From the IMG/VR virus record IMGVR_UViG_3300022927_000015, positions 8,313-72,312 of that record: a DNA stretch of 64,000 nt, one strand, 5' to 3'. The position numbers and the translations under genes were made by a program. Below, piece after piece: positions 1 to 9,008 of this stretch. The notes below the pieces were generated by a model that saw nothing but the letters and a program-made list of their open reading frames with translations, was not told where the DNA came from and did no database searches. Each line of letters starts with the position of its first letter. The stretch's first letter is position 1. This DNA is from a virus.

Positions 1-992
1 ATAATAGTAGCACCAAGCTCCAGGAATAGATCTTCAAAAGGTCTAATGTTTTCTTTATACTTTTTCTTAACATCTTCTTTATCATACTTCTTAACTAATG
101 CAGCTTCATCTTTTCCGATTTGCTTTTCAAGAGATCTCATATTTAAGCTTTTCTTATCGCCGTACGCCCATCTCCGTAAAAGCCCTTCCTTAACATCTTG
201 TGAAAGGTTAGGAAAGTCTGCATCAATCAATTCTCTCCACCACATTTCATGGTAACGAGAAACTTCATCACCGTCATTTAAACCATAACGATTTTGTAAT
301 GCAATAACTTTATCTTCAAACCTTTTCTTATTAGCGCTAAAATCAACATCTCTTTGTAGTTGAAGTATTCTAGGTGGAATAATCTTAAATGTTTTACCTA
401 TATCAGATTTTACTTTGGCTAAGATTTGTGGAATTTCTTTAGCAGGTCTACTATCCGTATCTAAGATATTCCCATCACCATCTGTTTTTGTAATATTATG
501 AAATTGAATAACATCAGTATCATAGTTAATTACATTAGGATTTTTAGAATAGATAAGCTCCATATTCATAAAGTTCTTACCATTATCAAAAATCTCTTCT
601 TGTTTTGGTTTAGGCAATTTAACTAAAAGACTAGCAAGATCTTTAGCAGCAAAAGTAAATGTATCTCTTACCATAGGAACATCATGAGATTCAAACTTTG
701 ATACGAATTGACTAAGACTCATAGGATCTTTTGTATCACCTGTATTTCTGGCAAACATAACATTACCATCTTTCATAGTAACAAATAAGTTTTGCCCATC
801 GGTCTTTTCAATAGGATCCTCTTCAAAGTTCAATTCCCCGCGAAGTCCTGCATCAACGATCTTTTTAAAGTCACCGAAGGTTAATCCTTTATCATCATAC
901 GGATGGCTCATATGACCAGCTGCTCCGCCTTCAAAAAGAAATGGCTGGCTTTTATCGGCCAGCCATTCTTCAAACAATTTAATATGTTTCAT
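1..992 (-). CDS. DUF6267-like protein with ligase/nucleotidyltransferase motif I (3' end outside the window)
   Basis: Not in the ORF track because it runs off the window. Manual translation from ATG 992: MKHIKLFEEWLADKSQPFLFEGGAAGHMSHPYDD...PIEKTDGQNLFVT, with a KxDG motif and the EGGAAGHM signature. Confidence 0.7.
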   Translation of the reverse strand, partial: MKHIKLFEEWLADKSQPFLFEGGAAGHMSHPYDDKGLTFGDFKKIVDAGLRGELNFEEDPIEKTDGQNLFVTMKDGNVMFARNTGDTKDPMSLSQFVSKFESHDVPMVRDTFTFAAKDLASLLVKLPKPKQEEIFDNGKNFMNMELIYSKNPNVINYDTDVIQFHNITKTDGDGNILDTDSRPAKEIPQILAKVKSDIGKTFKIIPPRILQLQRDVDFSANKKRFEDKVIALQNRYGLNDGDEVSRYHEMWWRELIDADFPNLSQDVKEGLLRRWAYGDKKSLNMRSLEKQIGKDEAALVKKYDKEDVKKKYKENIRPFEDLFLELGATI

Positions 993-1006
993 GTAATTAG
1001 TTTATG

Positions 1007-2404
1007 TTATCCCATTGAAGATTGTAACGCCCCAACCATAGCACCGTAATCTCCGCTATACTTAGATTTTAAACCGTCAATAACTTCTTTTGCTTTGGCT
1101 TCATCAAAATCATCGCCGTGAGCATTTTTTAGAATTTCAGTTGCATATTCTTCAAATTCCTTATCAGACTTAATTTCTTTTTCTGATACTTTAGCTTCTT
1201 CAACAGTTTCCTCTTCTTCAGCTTCTACTTCTTCTTCTTCCTTTACAACAACAGTACCTTGTACATCGGCTTCATCTTTTGCAGTTTCTGGTGCAGTGGT
1301 AATGTTTTGGTCTTTAGTAACCAATTCTTCACCCTTTGAATCAGGCTCTTCTTCAGGCTTACCCATATCCATAATATCACCTGCAATACCTGCGGCTGAT
1401 TCAGGACCGTCACCTTTTGCAACCTTAATCACAATGCCGTTTTGATCAGCCGTTTCATCTTTTAATTCAGGACCGTTATCAACTTCTTCAGTAACCTCAT
1501 CTTCATCAGATTCTTCTACCTCTTCGTCTTCTTTAGAACCGTATGCTTCATTAACAAATTTAGAGAAAGACATAATTCTTGATTCGTCTTTCTTGTGATG
1601 CATATCCTCATCCTCTAATTCGTCTTCTTCTTCCTTATCATCAGCAGCATCTTTTTTCAAATCTTCTATATGAGCATAGTCATCTTTTGCTGCGTCTTTA
1701 TCATGTTCAATTTCTTCTTCTTCATCTTCTTCAGCTAACGGATCAGCAGAAGCAGCAATAGGAGCAGCGTAATCTTCTGGCTCCTCATCATCATCATGAT
1801 ACTTAACATTCTTATTAACAGTAACTTCCTTTTCTTTAATGAAATCTTCAAATGCCATTATTCTACGAGTAGCAGCAGGAGTATCTTCTTCCTCTTCTAC
1901 ATCAATACCTGATTCTTCGTCATCACCTTCAGCAGGTACTTCATCAGTAACAGGTTGATCATCAGTAACATTTTCACCGGCTTCATCTTCAACGTCTTTA
2001 GGTTCTCCTATTGCATTTACTTCATCCTCGATGTCTTCAGCAGTATCTTCTTCAACTTCATCCTCTTCGGCAACTTCGCCGGTTCCACCTACTTCTTTAT
2101 CTTCTTCTTTTTCGCCTTCTTCGCCTTCTAATGATTTAGGTTCGCCTTTGGCTTTGCTTTCATCTTCAATATCCTCTGCTCTATCTTCTTCAATTTCATC
2201 TTCAGATATATCTTGCTTTGGAGTAAAGTCTTTTAGTAATGCTTCTAATTTAGACAAAAGATTCTTTTCTTTCTTTAATTCTTCGACACTTTCGTAACCC
2301 ATCTTTTTAACAAGATCCATTACGGCGTCTTGATTGACTTTAGCAGATTCATTAAGCGAATCAGTTGCCGTAGCAATCGTTGAAAACTTTTTGATTGGTT
2401 TCAT
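1007..2404 (-). CDS. Highly acidic prohead core/internal head protein
   Basis: 465 aa, very D/E rich; internal repeat EED(R/T)AEDIEDE..GEPK; CTS-like motifs (RIMAFEDFIKE, RIMSFSKFVNEA); late promoter upstream. Confidence 0.5.
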   Translation of the reverse strand: MKPIKKFSTIATATDSLNESAKVNQDAVMDLVKKMGYESVEELKKEKNLLSKLEALLKDFTPKQDISEDEIEEDRAEDIEDESKAKGEPKSLEGEEGEKEEDKEVGGTGEVAEEDEVEEDTAEDIEDEVNAIGEPKDVEDEAGENVTDDQPVTDEVPAEGDDEESGIDVEEEEDTPAATRRIMAFEDFIKEKEVTVNKNVKYHDDDEEPEDYAAPIAASADPLAEEDEEEEIEHDKDAAKDDYAHIEDLKKDAADDKEEEDELEDEDMHHKKDESRIMSFSKFVNEAYGSKEDEEVEESDEDEVTEEVDNGPELKDETADQNGIVIKVAKGDGPESAAGIAGDIMDMGKPEEEPDSKGEELVTKDQNITTAPETAKDEADVQGTVVVKEEEEVEAEEEETVEEAKVSEKEIKSDKEFEEYATEILKNAHGDDFDEAKAKEVIDGLKSKYSGDYGAMVGALQSSMG

Positions 2405-2468
2405 GTTAATTTATCTTTTTTTGATTCTTTTTTTATATATCCATGTCCCATGTGAAAGATATTCTATA

Positions 2469-3971
2469 TTAGAATCTAACATTCTGAACTTCAAATGGGA
2501 ATTTTTCTTCTTTATATATTTTTCGGCGTTCCATACCATGACGATAAATGTAATTCATCCAATCATGGTCATCAGCTTTATATCTAAAGTCATCAATAAA
2601 ATCATAAATCTTAACAGTATCTTTAGATGCATGCTTTCTTAATCCACGACCAATTGACTGTCTGATAATGACTTCAGATTTAAATGACTCGGTAAAAAAT
2701 ATGTTATGTATGTTTTTAATAGAAATACCTGTAGAGAATGTTCCGTATGAAGCTACAATAATAACATCATCATTCTTTTCCATTCTGCTTTTAAACTCTT
2801 CTCTAAAATCAGACTTTACTGAACCATCTACATAATAGACCTTTTTATCGGTTATAGTTCTAAGCTTTTGATATATCTTTTCACCGTATGCTATTTTATG
2901 GAATAGCACTAATGAGTTGGATGTTGACTTTTTAATTACTTGGCAAATAAAGTCTAATCTTTTTTCACTTTCATTAATAAAGTTCTGTTCTAGACTAAAC
3001 AGTTTTTGTCTATCATAAGGGTTTTTAGATAGAGATGAAAATGCTTCCTTTTGCGCATCGGTTGCATATTCCATGTGGATTTGTAGTACTTTACATTTTG
3101 CAATATAACCTTCATCTTGTAAATGAGCGGCTTTTACTTGAGTAACTAAAGGGCCCATTGCTGACATTAAACTTAGCCTATTAACAGTTCCTCTTTTAGG
3201 AATAGTTCCACTAAGACCAAATCTATAATCACAATGCCAGCACATATCCATAATCTTTTGGATTGAATTTGCTTTGGCTTTATGAGTCTCATCTACAAAG
3301 ACCGCATCAAATTGGCTAAAGTATTCTTCATCCTTTTTGGTCAATGACTGATATGTACCAATTACAACATTAGAACTTTTTCGTATCTTAACGCCTGCGT
3401 ATATCTGTTGAATCTTAATAGGTACCCTACCTTTATTGTATTCTTCAAAATCACCAGTTGCCTGTACAACCAAACTAACATTAGGCACAATCATTAAGAT
3501 TTTCTTTTTACCTAACTGTTCCATCATGTAAGCAACAACCATAAAAGAGATAAGGGTTTTACCTGCAGATGTAGCTAATTCAGCAAGGCATCTTCTATAC
3601 TTAAGAATTTTTAACGCGGCATCAATTTGATAGTCTCGTGGTTTAATATCAGAGTTCTTAAAAAAGTCATCAACCCATTCCCTAAAGACATCCTCAGTAA
3701 TAGAAGTATCAAAGATATCAGTTATTCCATTTAAGGTAAACTGGTAATCATATTCTTTACAAATATCAATAACTTCTTTCCATAAACCTGCAGGAATTTT
3801 ATTTCTTTTTATGAATGAGATATTTCCATCCCAAACTTTCTTTTTGACTAATGGGTGGAATCTCCATCCTTCAATCTTCTTTGTAAGACTAGATTTTAAC
3901 TGCTCATATTCCATCTCGGTACATGAGTCAATTACTAAAAACTTTTTATTTTCTGATAACGAAAGTTCCAT
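2469..3971 (-). CDS. uvsW: UvsW-like SF2 DNA helicase
   Basis: PRDYQ Q-motif, ATSAGKT Walker A, DETH, SGT, QSIGRGLR; T4-like context. Confidence 0.93.
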   Translation of the reverse strand: MELSLSENKKFLVIDSCTEMEYEQLKSSLTKKIEGWRFHPLVKKKVWDGNISFIKRNKIPAGLWKEVIDICKEYDYQFTLNGITDIFDTSITEDVFREWVDDFFKNSDIKPRDYQIDAALKILKYRRCLAELATSAGKTLISFMVVAYMMEQLGKKKILMIVPNVSLVVQATGDFEEYNKGRVPIKIQQIYAGVKIRKSSNVVIGTYQSLTKKDEEYFSQFDAVFVDETHKAKANSIQKIMDMCWHCDYRFGLSGTIPKRGTVNRLSLMSAMGPLVTQVKAAHLQDEGYIAKCKVLQIHMEYATDAQKEAFSSLSKNPYDRQKLFSLEQNFINESEKRLDFICQVIKKSTSNSLVLFHKIAYGEKIYQKLRTITDKKVYYVDGSVKSDFREEFKSRMEKNDDVIIVASYGTFSTGISIKNIHNIFFTESFKSEVIIRQSIGRGLRKHASKDTVKIYDFIDDFRYKADDHDWMNYIYRHGMERRKIYKEEKFPFEVQNVRF

Positions 3972-4420
3972 TAAAATTCTTTATCATCTAAGCTAATACG
4001 ATTCCTAATAGCAAAGGCCATATTATCCAGCGTTTTGATACATTCATAGTAATAATCAATATGAGATTGTAACATGTCTATTTGGGTCCTAAGCGAGGCT
4101 AAGTCTGCTTTAATGAATTGATTTTTTTCACCGTTGGTTAGCTTAATATCATAGTTAACAGAATATTCTCTATACTGTGATTTGTAATACTTATCCCAAG
4201 TAGCGTTTCTTTTATATATTGTTGTCTTAAAATCAGTAACCTTATCTAAGAGTATCTGTCTATAAGATAGCATTCTTACTTGGCATTCTGATAATTCGTT
4301 CATGTTTTTAAGCTTACTTACAAGATCTTTGATCTTTTCTTTCCAATCTTCACGATCTTTAGTTAGTCTTTGTTCTAACTGTTCGTTAGCTTCTTTAATT
4401 TGTGTATCGTCAAATGCCAT
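3971..4420 (-). CDS. uvsY: UvsY-like recombination mediator
   Basis: Helical 149 aa with C-terminal IKTLDNMAFAIRNRI similar to UvsY; adjacent to uvsW. Confidence 0.65.
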   Translation of the reverse strand: MAFDDTQIKEANEQLEQRLTKDREDWKEKIKDLVSKLKNMNELSECQVRMLSYRQILLDKVTDFKTTIYKRNATWDKYYKSQYREYSVNYDIKLTNGEKNQFIKADLASLRTQIDMLQSHIDYYYECIKTLDNMAFAIRNRISLDDKEF

Positions 4421-4635
4421 TAAAATATACCTTTATCGTTGTTAGTCTTTTTATAATTCTTAATCTTAGGTTGAAACTTTTTCTTAGGCTCAGGTAATGT
4501 AAAGCTAGTATCAAATGAATCTACTTTCATCTTACCAAATTTAGTAAAGAGTTTAAGTTTCTTTTTTGAAGTTTCAAAGTCTTTGTAAAAATCATCAAAT
4601 TGTTCAGTCACAAATTCATTATAATTTTTTATCAT
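4420..4635 (-). CDS. Hypothetical protein with CTS-like N-terminus
   Basis: MIKNYNEFVTEQ; translationally coupled to both neighbours. Confidence 0.6.
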   Translation of the reverse strand: MIKNYNEFVTEQFDDFYKDFETSKKKLKLFTKFGKMKVDSFDTSFTLPEPKKKFQPKIKNYKKTNNDKGIF

Positions 4636-5708
4636 ACGAAAATTAAATCTAAATGATTATTTGTAAAATATTTATCCAACTGACTTAGACACCCAGTTCT
4701 ATGTTTGTATTCATACATAACCAGATCGTTTAAGTCTTTAACCTTTTTTGATGGTATTCTAAAATCCTTTAAAAACTTATCCCACATAAAGACAGTATTA
4801 CCTGACTTTAGTTTTTCAATCATTCTTGTCTTTCCTTCTATATCATTATCAAAGAAATACCTAACTGTTGGAATATCATTAAAATCCAGTATTTGCTTTT
4901 TTACACCGGTTAAACCGATTGTGTTTGTCATAAACATAGCATCTATAGGACCTTCAAATACAGTAAAGTCTCTACTCATATCTGCAGTAAGAATTCCAAA
5001 GATCATAGATATCTTATTTAGAGAATCCATTTCTTCTTCAGATACATTAAGTGGTTTTTTAAGCCTATCATAAATCCTTTCAATATTCCAGGTTTTATAT
5101 TTAGGACCACCACCCTCTCCTGATAAATCCCTAGTCTGAAAACCTATAATCTTATTATCAGAAGTTAAGTTAAAAACATACAGCTCCTTTCGTCTAGGAT
5201 CATACCCAAAGTATTCTGTTTTATGATGAAGTAATCTACTCTTAAGATAAGGATATGCTCTGTAGGTAAGAGAGTTAATTGGATAGACATTAAAGCCTAA
5301 TGCAATTTCATCAAATGTTAATGAGAGATCTTTAATTTTTTCAAAGAGATGAAATTCTAAAGTTTCACCTAATGAGAAGCTTTTTCGGTTTTCTTTAATG
5401 AAGTTTAAAACATCAATACGGTCTTCTCCTTCAAAATTTAAATTATGATCCTTTAGAAAAACATCTAAACTTACATGAGCTGAGCAGTTGTAACAGTGAA
5501 TGTATAAATCATTCCAATAAAGGTTACCTCTTTTCTTTCTTTCATTATCAGTAGAATCACCACAGTAAGGGCATGCAAAATTTAAACGTTCTCTTCCCTC
5601 TAAGACTCTTCTTTTTTCAGGATGAGAATGGGTTTGATGAAGAACTCGGACTACCTTATCGATAATCCGAGCCTTCATCTCAGAAGATATTACTCCTTCT
5701 GTTCCCAT
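4632..5708 (-). CDS. DNA primase (T4 gp61-like)
   Basis: Zn ribbon CPYCGDS..HCYNC; TOPRIM EGPIDAMF and FFDND; KDLND. Confidence 0.9.
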   Translation of the reverse strand: MGTEGVISSEMKARIIDKVVRVLHQTHSHPEKRRVLEGRERLNFACPYCGDSTDNERKKRGNLYWNDLYIHCYNCSAHVSLDVFLKDHNLNFEGEDRIDVLNFIKENRKSFSLGETLEFHLFEKIKDLSLTFDEIALGFNVYPINSLTYRAYPYLKSRLLHHKTEYFGYDPRRKELYVFNLTSDNKIIGFQTRDLSGEGGGPKYKTWNIERIYDRLKKPLNVSEEEMDSLNKISMIFGILTADMSRDFTVFEGPIDAMFMTNTIGLTGVKKQILDFNDIPTVRYFFDNDIEGKTRMIEKLKSGNTVFMWDKFLKDFRIPSKKVKDLNDLVMYEYKHRTGCLSQLDKYFTNNHLDLIFV

Positions 5709-5712
5709 AGGA

Positions 5713-6612
5713 TTAAAGATCTAATCCGTTAATGAAATCATCAAAGTCATCTCCACCTGAAGAGCTTTCGGTAGATGAAGCAGTTTCGGTTACAGCTTCA
5801 GCAGCCTTTTCAGCCTTCTTAGGTTCAGGTGCAGCTTGTGGTTTGGTAACAGTTTCAATAGCCTCACCTGGATTACTGAACTGAGAAAGAACGTTCATAA
5901 CTTTAGTTCTCTGTTCATCATTCCATGGTCGGTAATCGAAGTTAGCCAATTCAGGTGCATCCTTAACATAATCCAAAATTGCAGTTCTCCCTGCGTCATC
6001 AGCGGTTACAGATTCTCCGTTGATTGTCATAGCAGAACGAGAGCCTTGGAATTTACATGAATCGTAGTTAGGATAACCACCTTTCTTAGAAATAATCAAT
6101 TCAAAGTTCTTACCTTCGAATGGATCAAACACTTGTGTAGGTTCATCAAACTGTGGGTTAAGTTCCTCATCAATTTTAGCTTTAATTTTGTAGCCAAATT
6201 TCATTACTTTAATTTGACCTTCAAGCTCCTTGTTTTGTGGATCTTTAACAATTTGTACCAGTGCGTAAAATACTTCTCTACGCTTAAGTCCCTCTGACAT
6301 CTTTTTATCTACAGCCGATTCAGAGTTTCTAAGTTTGAAGAACATATCCTGTACCGGACATTTGTCTCCAACGGTAGATGGTGAATCTGCGTAGAATCCG
6401 TTGCCATCTCGGTCTTCTAACCAATAGACATACTTACGAACGAAAGGTTTGCGTGGATTTTTTACGTTAGGTAGAAACCTAATTAATGAACGGTAGGTAC
6501 CGTCTTGTCCCTGATCGGGTTTTGGTGAATACAGATCGCTACTTGGTGCGGGTCTGTCTCCAGTGTCAAGGTCATTGACGCTTACACTGAAAATGTCGAA
6601 TTCATTTGCCAT
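5713..6612 (-). CDS. Single-stranded DNA-binding protein (T4 gp32-like)
   Basis: IRFLP, DKCPV, VKDPQN..EGQI..FG.KI, FDPFEGKNF, YPNYD; acidic tail DDFDDFINGLDL. Confidence 0.92.
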   Translation of the reverse strand: MANEFDIFSVSVNDLDTGDRPAPSSDLYSPKPDQGQDGTYRSLIRFLPNVKNPRKPFVRKYVYWLEDRDGNGFYADSPSTVGDKCPVQDMFFKLRNSESAVDKKMSEGLKRREVFYALVQIVKDPQNKELEGQIKVMKFGYKIKAKIDEELNPQFDEPTQVFDPFEGKNFELIISKKGGYPNYDSCKFQGSRSAMTINGESVTADDAGRTAILDYVKDAPELANFDYRPWNDEQRTKVMNVLSQFSNPGEAIETVTKPQAAPEPKKAEKAAEAVTETASSTESSSGGDDFDDFINGLDL

Positions 6613-6750
6613 TTTAATTGCCTTTTTTTAAGTTTTACTTTTTGTTAATTTAAAAGCCATAACTTAGCATTGCCTATTTGCGTGCCCGGGAATTGCCAAT
6701 ATACTTTGCCTTGTTAGTGCCAGTTTAAAAGTCCCTGAATAATCAGTTCC
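6607..6750 (-). promoter_or_regulatory. SSB 5' leader with phased GGCA array (candidate autoregulatory operator)
   Basis: TGCC on + at 6607, 6619, 6671, 6683, 6694, 6707, 6718; small CTGA-TTAT-TCAG hairpin at the leader 5' end. Confidence 0.55.
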
Positions 6751-6757
6751 TTTGTTA

Positions 6758-6786
6758 TTTATATATTCATATCTATACTTAGTTTC
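6758..6786 (-). promoter_or_regulatory. Class II (middle-type) promoter GAAACTAAG-N12-TATATAAA, overlapping a late AATATATA box
   Basis: Same bipartite motif recurs at 7841, 36367, 44883, 54625, 59868, 62592, 63468. Confidence 0.65.
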
Positions 6787-6804
6787 ACACTAACAAGAAA
6801 AAAA

Positions 6805-7563
6805 TTAAAAATGCCAAATCCCATCACCGTCTCCTTTAAACGCTAATATTTTCCAATCTAAATCAGTTGATACTATCTCATTTTTCCAGAGCCAGTATCT
6901 AATGATCCTTTCATTACTTTTAGAAGTATTCTGTGTGTTATCTTTAATGTATTCCCAAAACTCTATAAAATCATTAAGTCTATTAATACCAAAAGAAAAA
7001 CAAAAACTCGCAGTCCAATTCATTTCATATTCTGTCTGACCAGGCAACATCATATCAGGATAAGCTAGTATTGTATCATATGGATTATCATAATCCCATA
7101 TTCTCTTAAAGTAAACTCCATCTTTATCATTTAAACCACTACCACAATTATCGCTTAAGTTATATCTACCTGATAGTTTTGTCACAAAGTCGTATTCCTT
7201 TAGTTTATGGCTATAATGATTTAAGAATGTAGAATATAAGACAGCTTCGCAGTGTGATTTATTATGATGTGTATTTATAACCTTGGCGGCATCTTTATTT
7301 AAGTTTTCAATTCTTATACATTCTAAATCTTTATATCCCCAGATATTTATTATAAAAGACAAATGAAGATCAGCAGAAGATTCTTTTAATGATCCATCTA
7401 CTAAATAAACCTTTGCATTTGGATACAGTAAGTAAACTGAATTTATTGCTAATAAAGTCTCTACCATTCTTTCTTTATCAGTTTGAGTACTCCTGGTATC
7501 CATGTAATCAAATCTCCCTTTACTAGGTGAGACTACAGATCCTATTATAAATACATGTTTCAT
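6805..7563 (-). CDS. Putative glycosyltransferase-like protein
   Basis: R..ET..AINSV, YLVDGS, NKSHCE, KLSGRY motifs typical of phage GT-like proteins. Confidence 0.45.
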   Translation of the reverse strand: MKHVFIIGSVVSPSKGRFDYMDTRSTQTDKERMVETLLAINSVYLLYPNAKVYLVDGSLKESSADLHLSFIINIWGYKDLECIRIENLNKDAAKVINTHHNKSHCEAVLYSTFLNHYSHKLKEYDFVTKLSGRYNLSDNCGSGLNDKDGVYFKRIWDYDNPYDTILAYPDMMLPGQTEYEMNWTASFCFSFGINRLNDFIEFWEYIKDNTQNTSKSNERIIRYWLWKNEIVSTDLDWKILAFKGDGDGIWHF

Positions 7564-7832
7564 GAATCAAGAATAATTGCAGTTATATCATTCTCACGGA
7601 TACTGAAAATCTTTTCTCCATTAAACTCAAATTCAGTTCCTGCCATGTCATGAAAGAATACTTTAACACCTACTTTAAAATCACTATCCTTAACCTCATC
7701 GCCTACTGAAATGATTGTACCTGAATACGGTGGAGCATACTGCCCTTCGGTTTTTGGCATGTATATACTTCCGATTTTTTCAGGTTGTTCATCTTTTTTA
7801 AGAAATATTCTATTTTTTATTGCCTTTACCAT
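7560..7832 (-). CDS. groES: Co-chaperonin GroES
   Basis: AIKNRIFLK, GSIYMP, GTIISVG, KVGVKVFF, IRENDITAII. Confidence 0.9.
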   Translation of the reverse strand: MVKAIKNRIFLKKDEQPEKIGSIYMPKTEGQYAPPYSGTIISVGDEVKDSDFKVGVKVFFHDMAGTEFEFNGEKIFSIRENDITAIILDS

Positions 7833-7840
7833 GATTTTCT

Positions 7841-7869
7841 GAAACTAAGTTCTAAACTCTATATATAAA
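7841..7869 (+). promoter_or_regulatory. Class II promoter on the + strand with no downstream ORF
   Basis: GAAACTAAG-ttctaaactcta-TATATAAA; boxes and spacing identical to the SSB promoter. Confidence 0.55.
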
Positions 7870-7961
7870 ATTTAACTGATTGATTGAAAGAAAAGTATCT
7901 ATTTACTAGCATTTAAGTATTATGTGGTTTTAGGATTGTGGATTGTAAGTATACTGTGATC

Positions 7962-8621
7962 TCATCCTTTTTCTTTATTTGCATTTAAAATAAAATACGC
8001 ATCTATTAAATCATCCAAAGGCTTGGGGATCTTTTCTGAAAAGTCTTTACCTTGAGTCCACTTCCACAATTCAGTTTTTCTCAGGTTCTTATCATTAAGT
8101 ACATCATCTTGAAATGCCTTAGCCATATAGTGCTTGTTTGCATTACCTTTACCTGCTAGCTTTTTAATATGAGAAGGTTGGTAAATTGATATCTTATTGA
8201 CACCCCATGCATTAACTAGCCTATTTCTTAAGAATGTGTTATACTGTACAATGTCAATAAATGAATTACCTTTAGAACCGTAAGAGAACCCTTCAAGAGA
8301 AACTTTATGTGAGTCTGTTCCAAAGAGTGTTATTAAGATATTTCCAATAAGATCGGCTATAGATTGACCGTCTGTCATTTTCTCTCGTTCTCTAAGTAAA
8401 AAATCCTTACTTGCTACATGCCTATAATAAGGAAAGCCTATTATGGTTTTACTGTCCATCAATTCTTTATGAACTGAAAATGCTTTAGGTATTTTACGGC
8501 CTTCTTCATCCCAGATACGATTACCGTAATTAAAGAAAGTTATAAACTTATATTCACCTTGATGGTTCTGTACACAAACACCTGGGCTATTGAGAGAAAA
8601 ATCAATTCCTGTATAAATCAC
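7962..8621 (-). CDS. RuvC-like (RNase H fold) Holliday junction resolvase
   Basis: GIDFSLNSPG, LEGFSYGS, PSHIKKLAGKGNANK, DDLIDAY catalytic acidic pattern. Confidence 0.8.
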   Translation of the reverse strand: MIYTGIDFSLNSPGVCVQNHQGEYKFITFFNYGNRIWDEEGRKIPKAFSVHKELMDSKTIIGFPYYRHVASKDFLLREREKMTDGQSIADLIGNILITLFGTDSHKVSLEGFSYGSKGNSFIDIVQYNTFLRNRLVNAWGVNKISIYQPSHIKKLAGKGNANKHYMAKAFQDDVLNDKNLRKTELWKWTQGKDFSEKIPKPLDDLIDAYFILNANKEKG

Positions 8622-8631
8622 TTAGATAAGA

Positions 8632-8982
8632 TTAAAGTCTCTTACCAAGAACCGCACCTAATGCAGCTCCTACTAATCGACTGGTTAGAAGATCATATAG
8701 AGCACCCTTCTCAATTCCTAATACTTTAGCAATTGCTTTACCTACCGCCTTTCCTAAAGCAAAACCAGTAAGACCACCTAATACTGAACCTAAGATACCC
8801 TCATTAACAACTTCTTCCATTACTTCTTCAAGATCACGACCACTTTCATGTTCTTTCATTATGCGATCAACCGCTTCATCGATTGCAGCTTCCTGCTCGT
8901 GGGTTAATGATTCGTTTAACAAAGCCTCAATATCTACTGAGTCATTATGGTTTTCGGTAAGGTAATCTTTAAATGTTTTCAT
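8632..8982 (-). CDS. Probable internal virion protein with CTS and glycine zipper
   Basis: MKTFKDYLTE N-terminus; LNES and VNEG sites; C-terminal GxxxG-rich hydrophobic segment; late promoter 9003-9010. Confidence 0.65.
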   Translation of the reverse strand: MKTFKDYLTENHNDSVDIEALLNESLTHEQEAAIDEAVDRIMKEHESGRDLEEVMEEVVNEGILGSVLGGLTGFALGKAVGKAIAKVLGIEKGALYDLLTSRLVGAALGAVLGKRL

Positions 8983-9008
8983 TGTACTCTATTTCCTTTG
9001 TTTATATA

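Noticed and set aside
7920-7946. DnaA-box-like TGTGGATTG and TGTGGTTTT
   Set aside because: Two to three mismatches to TTATCCACA; too weak to call
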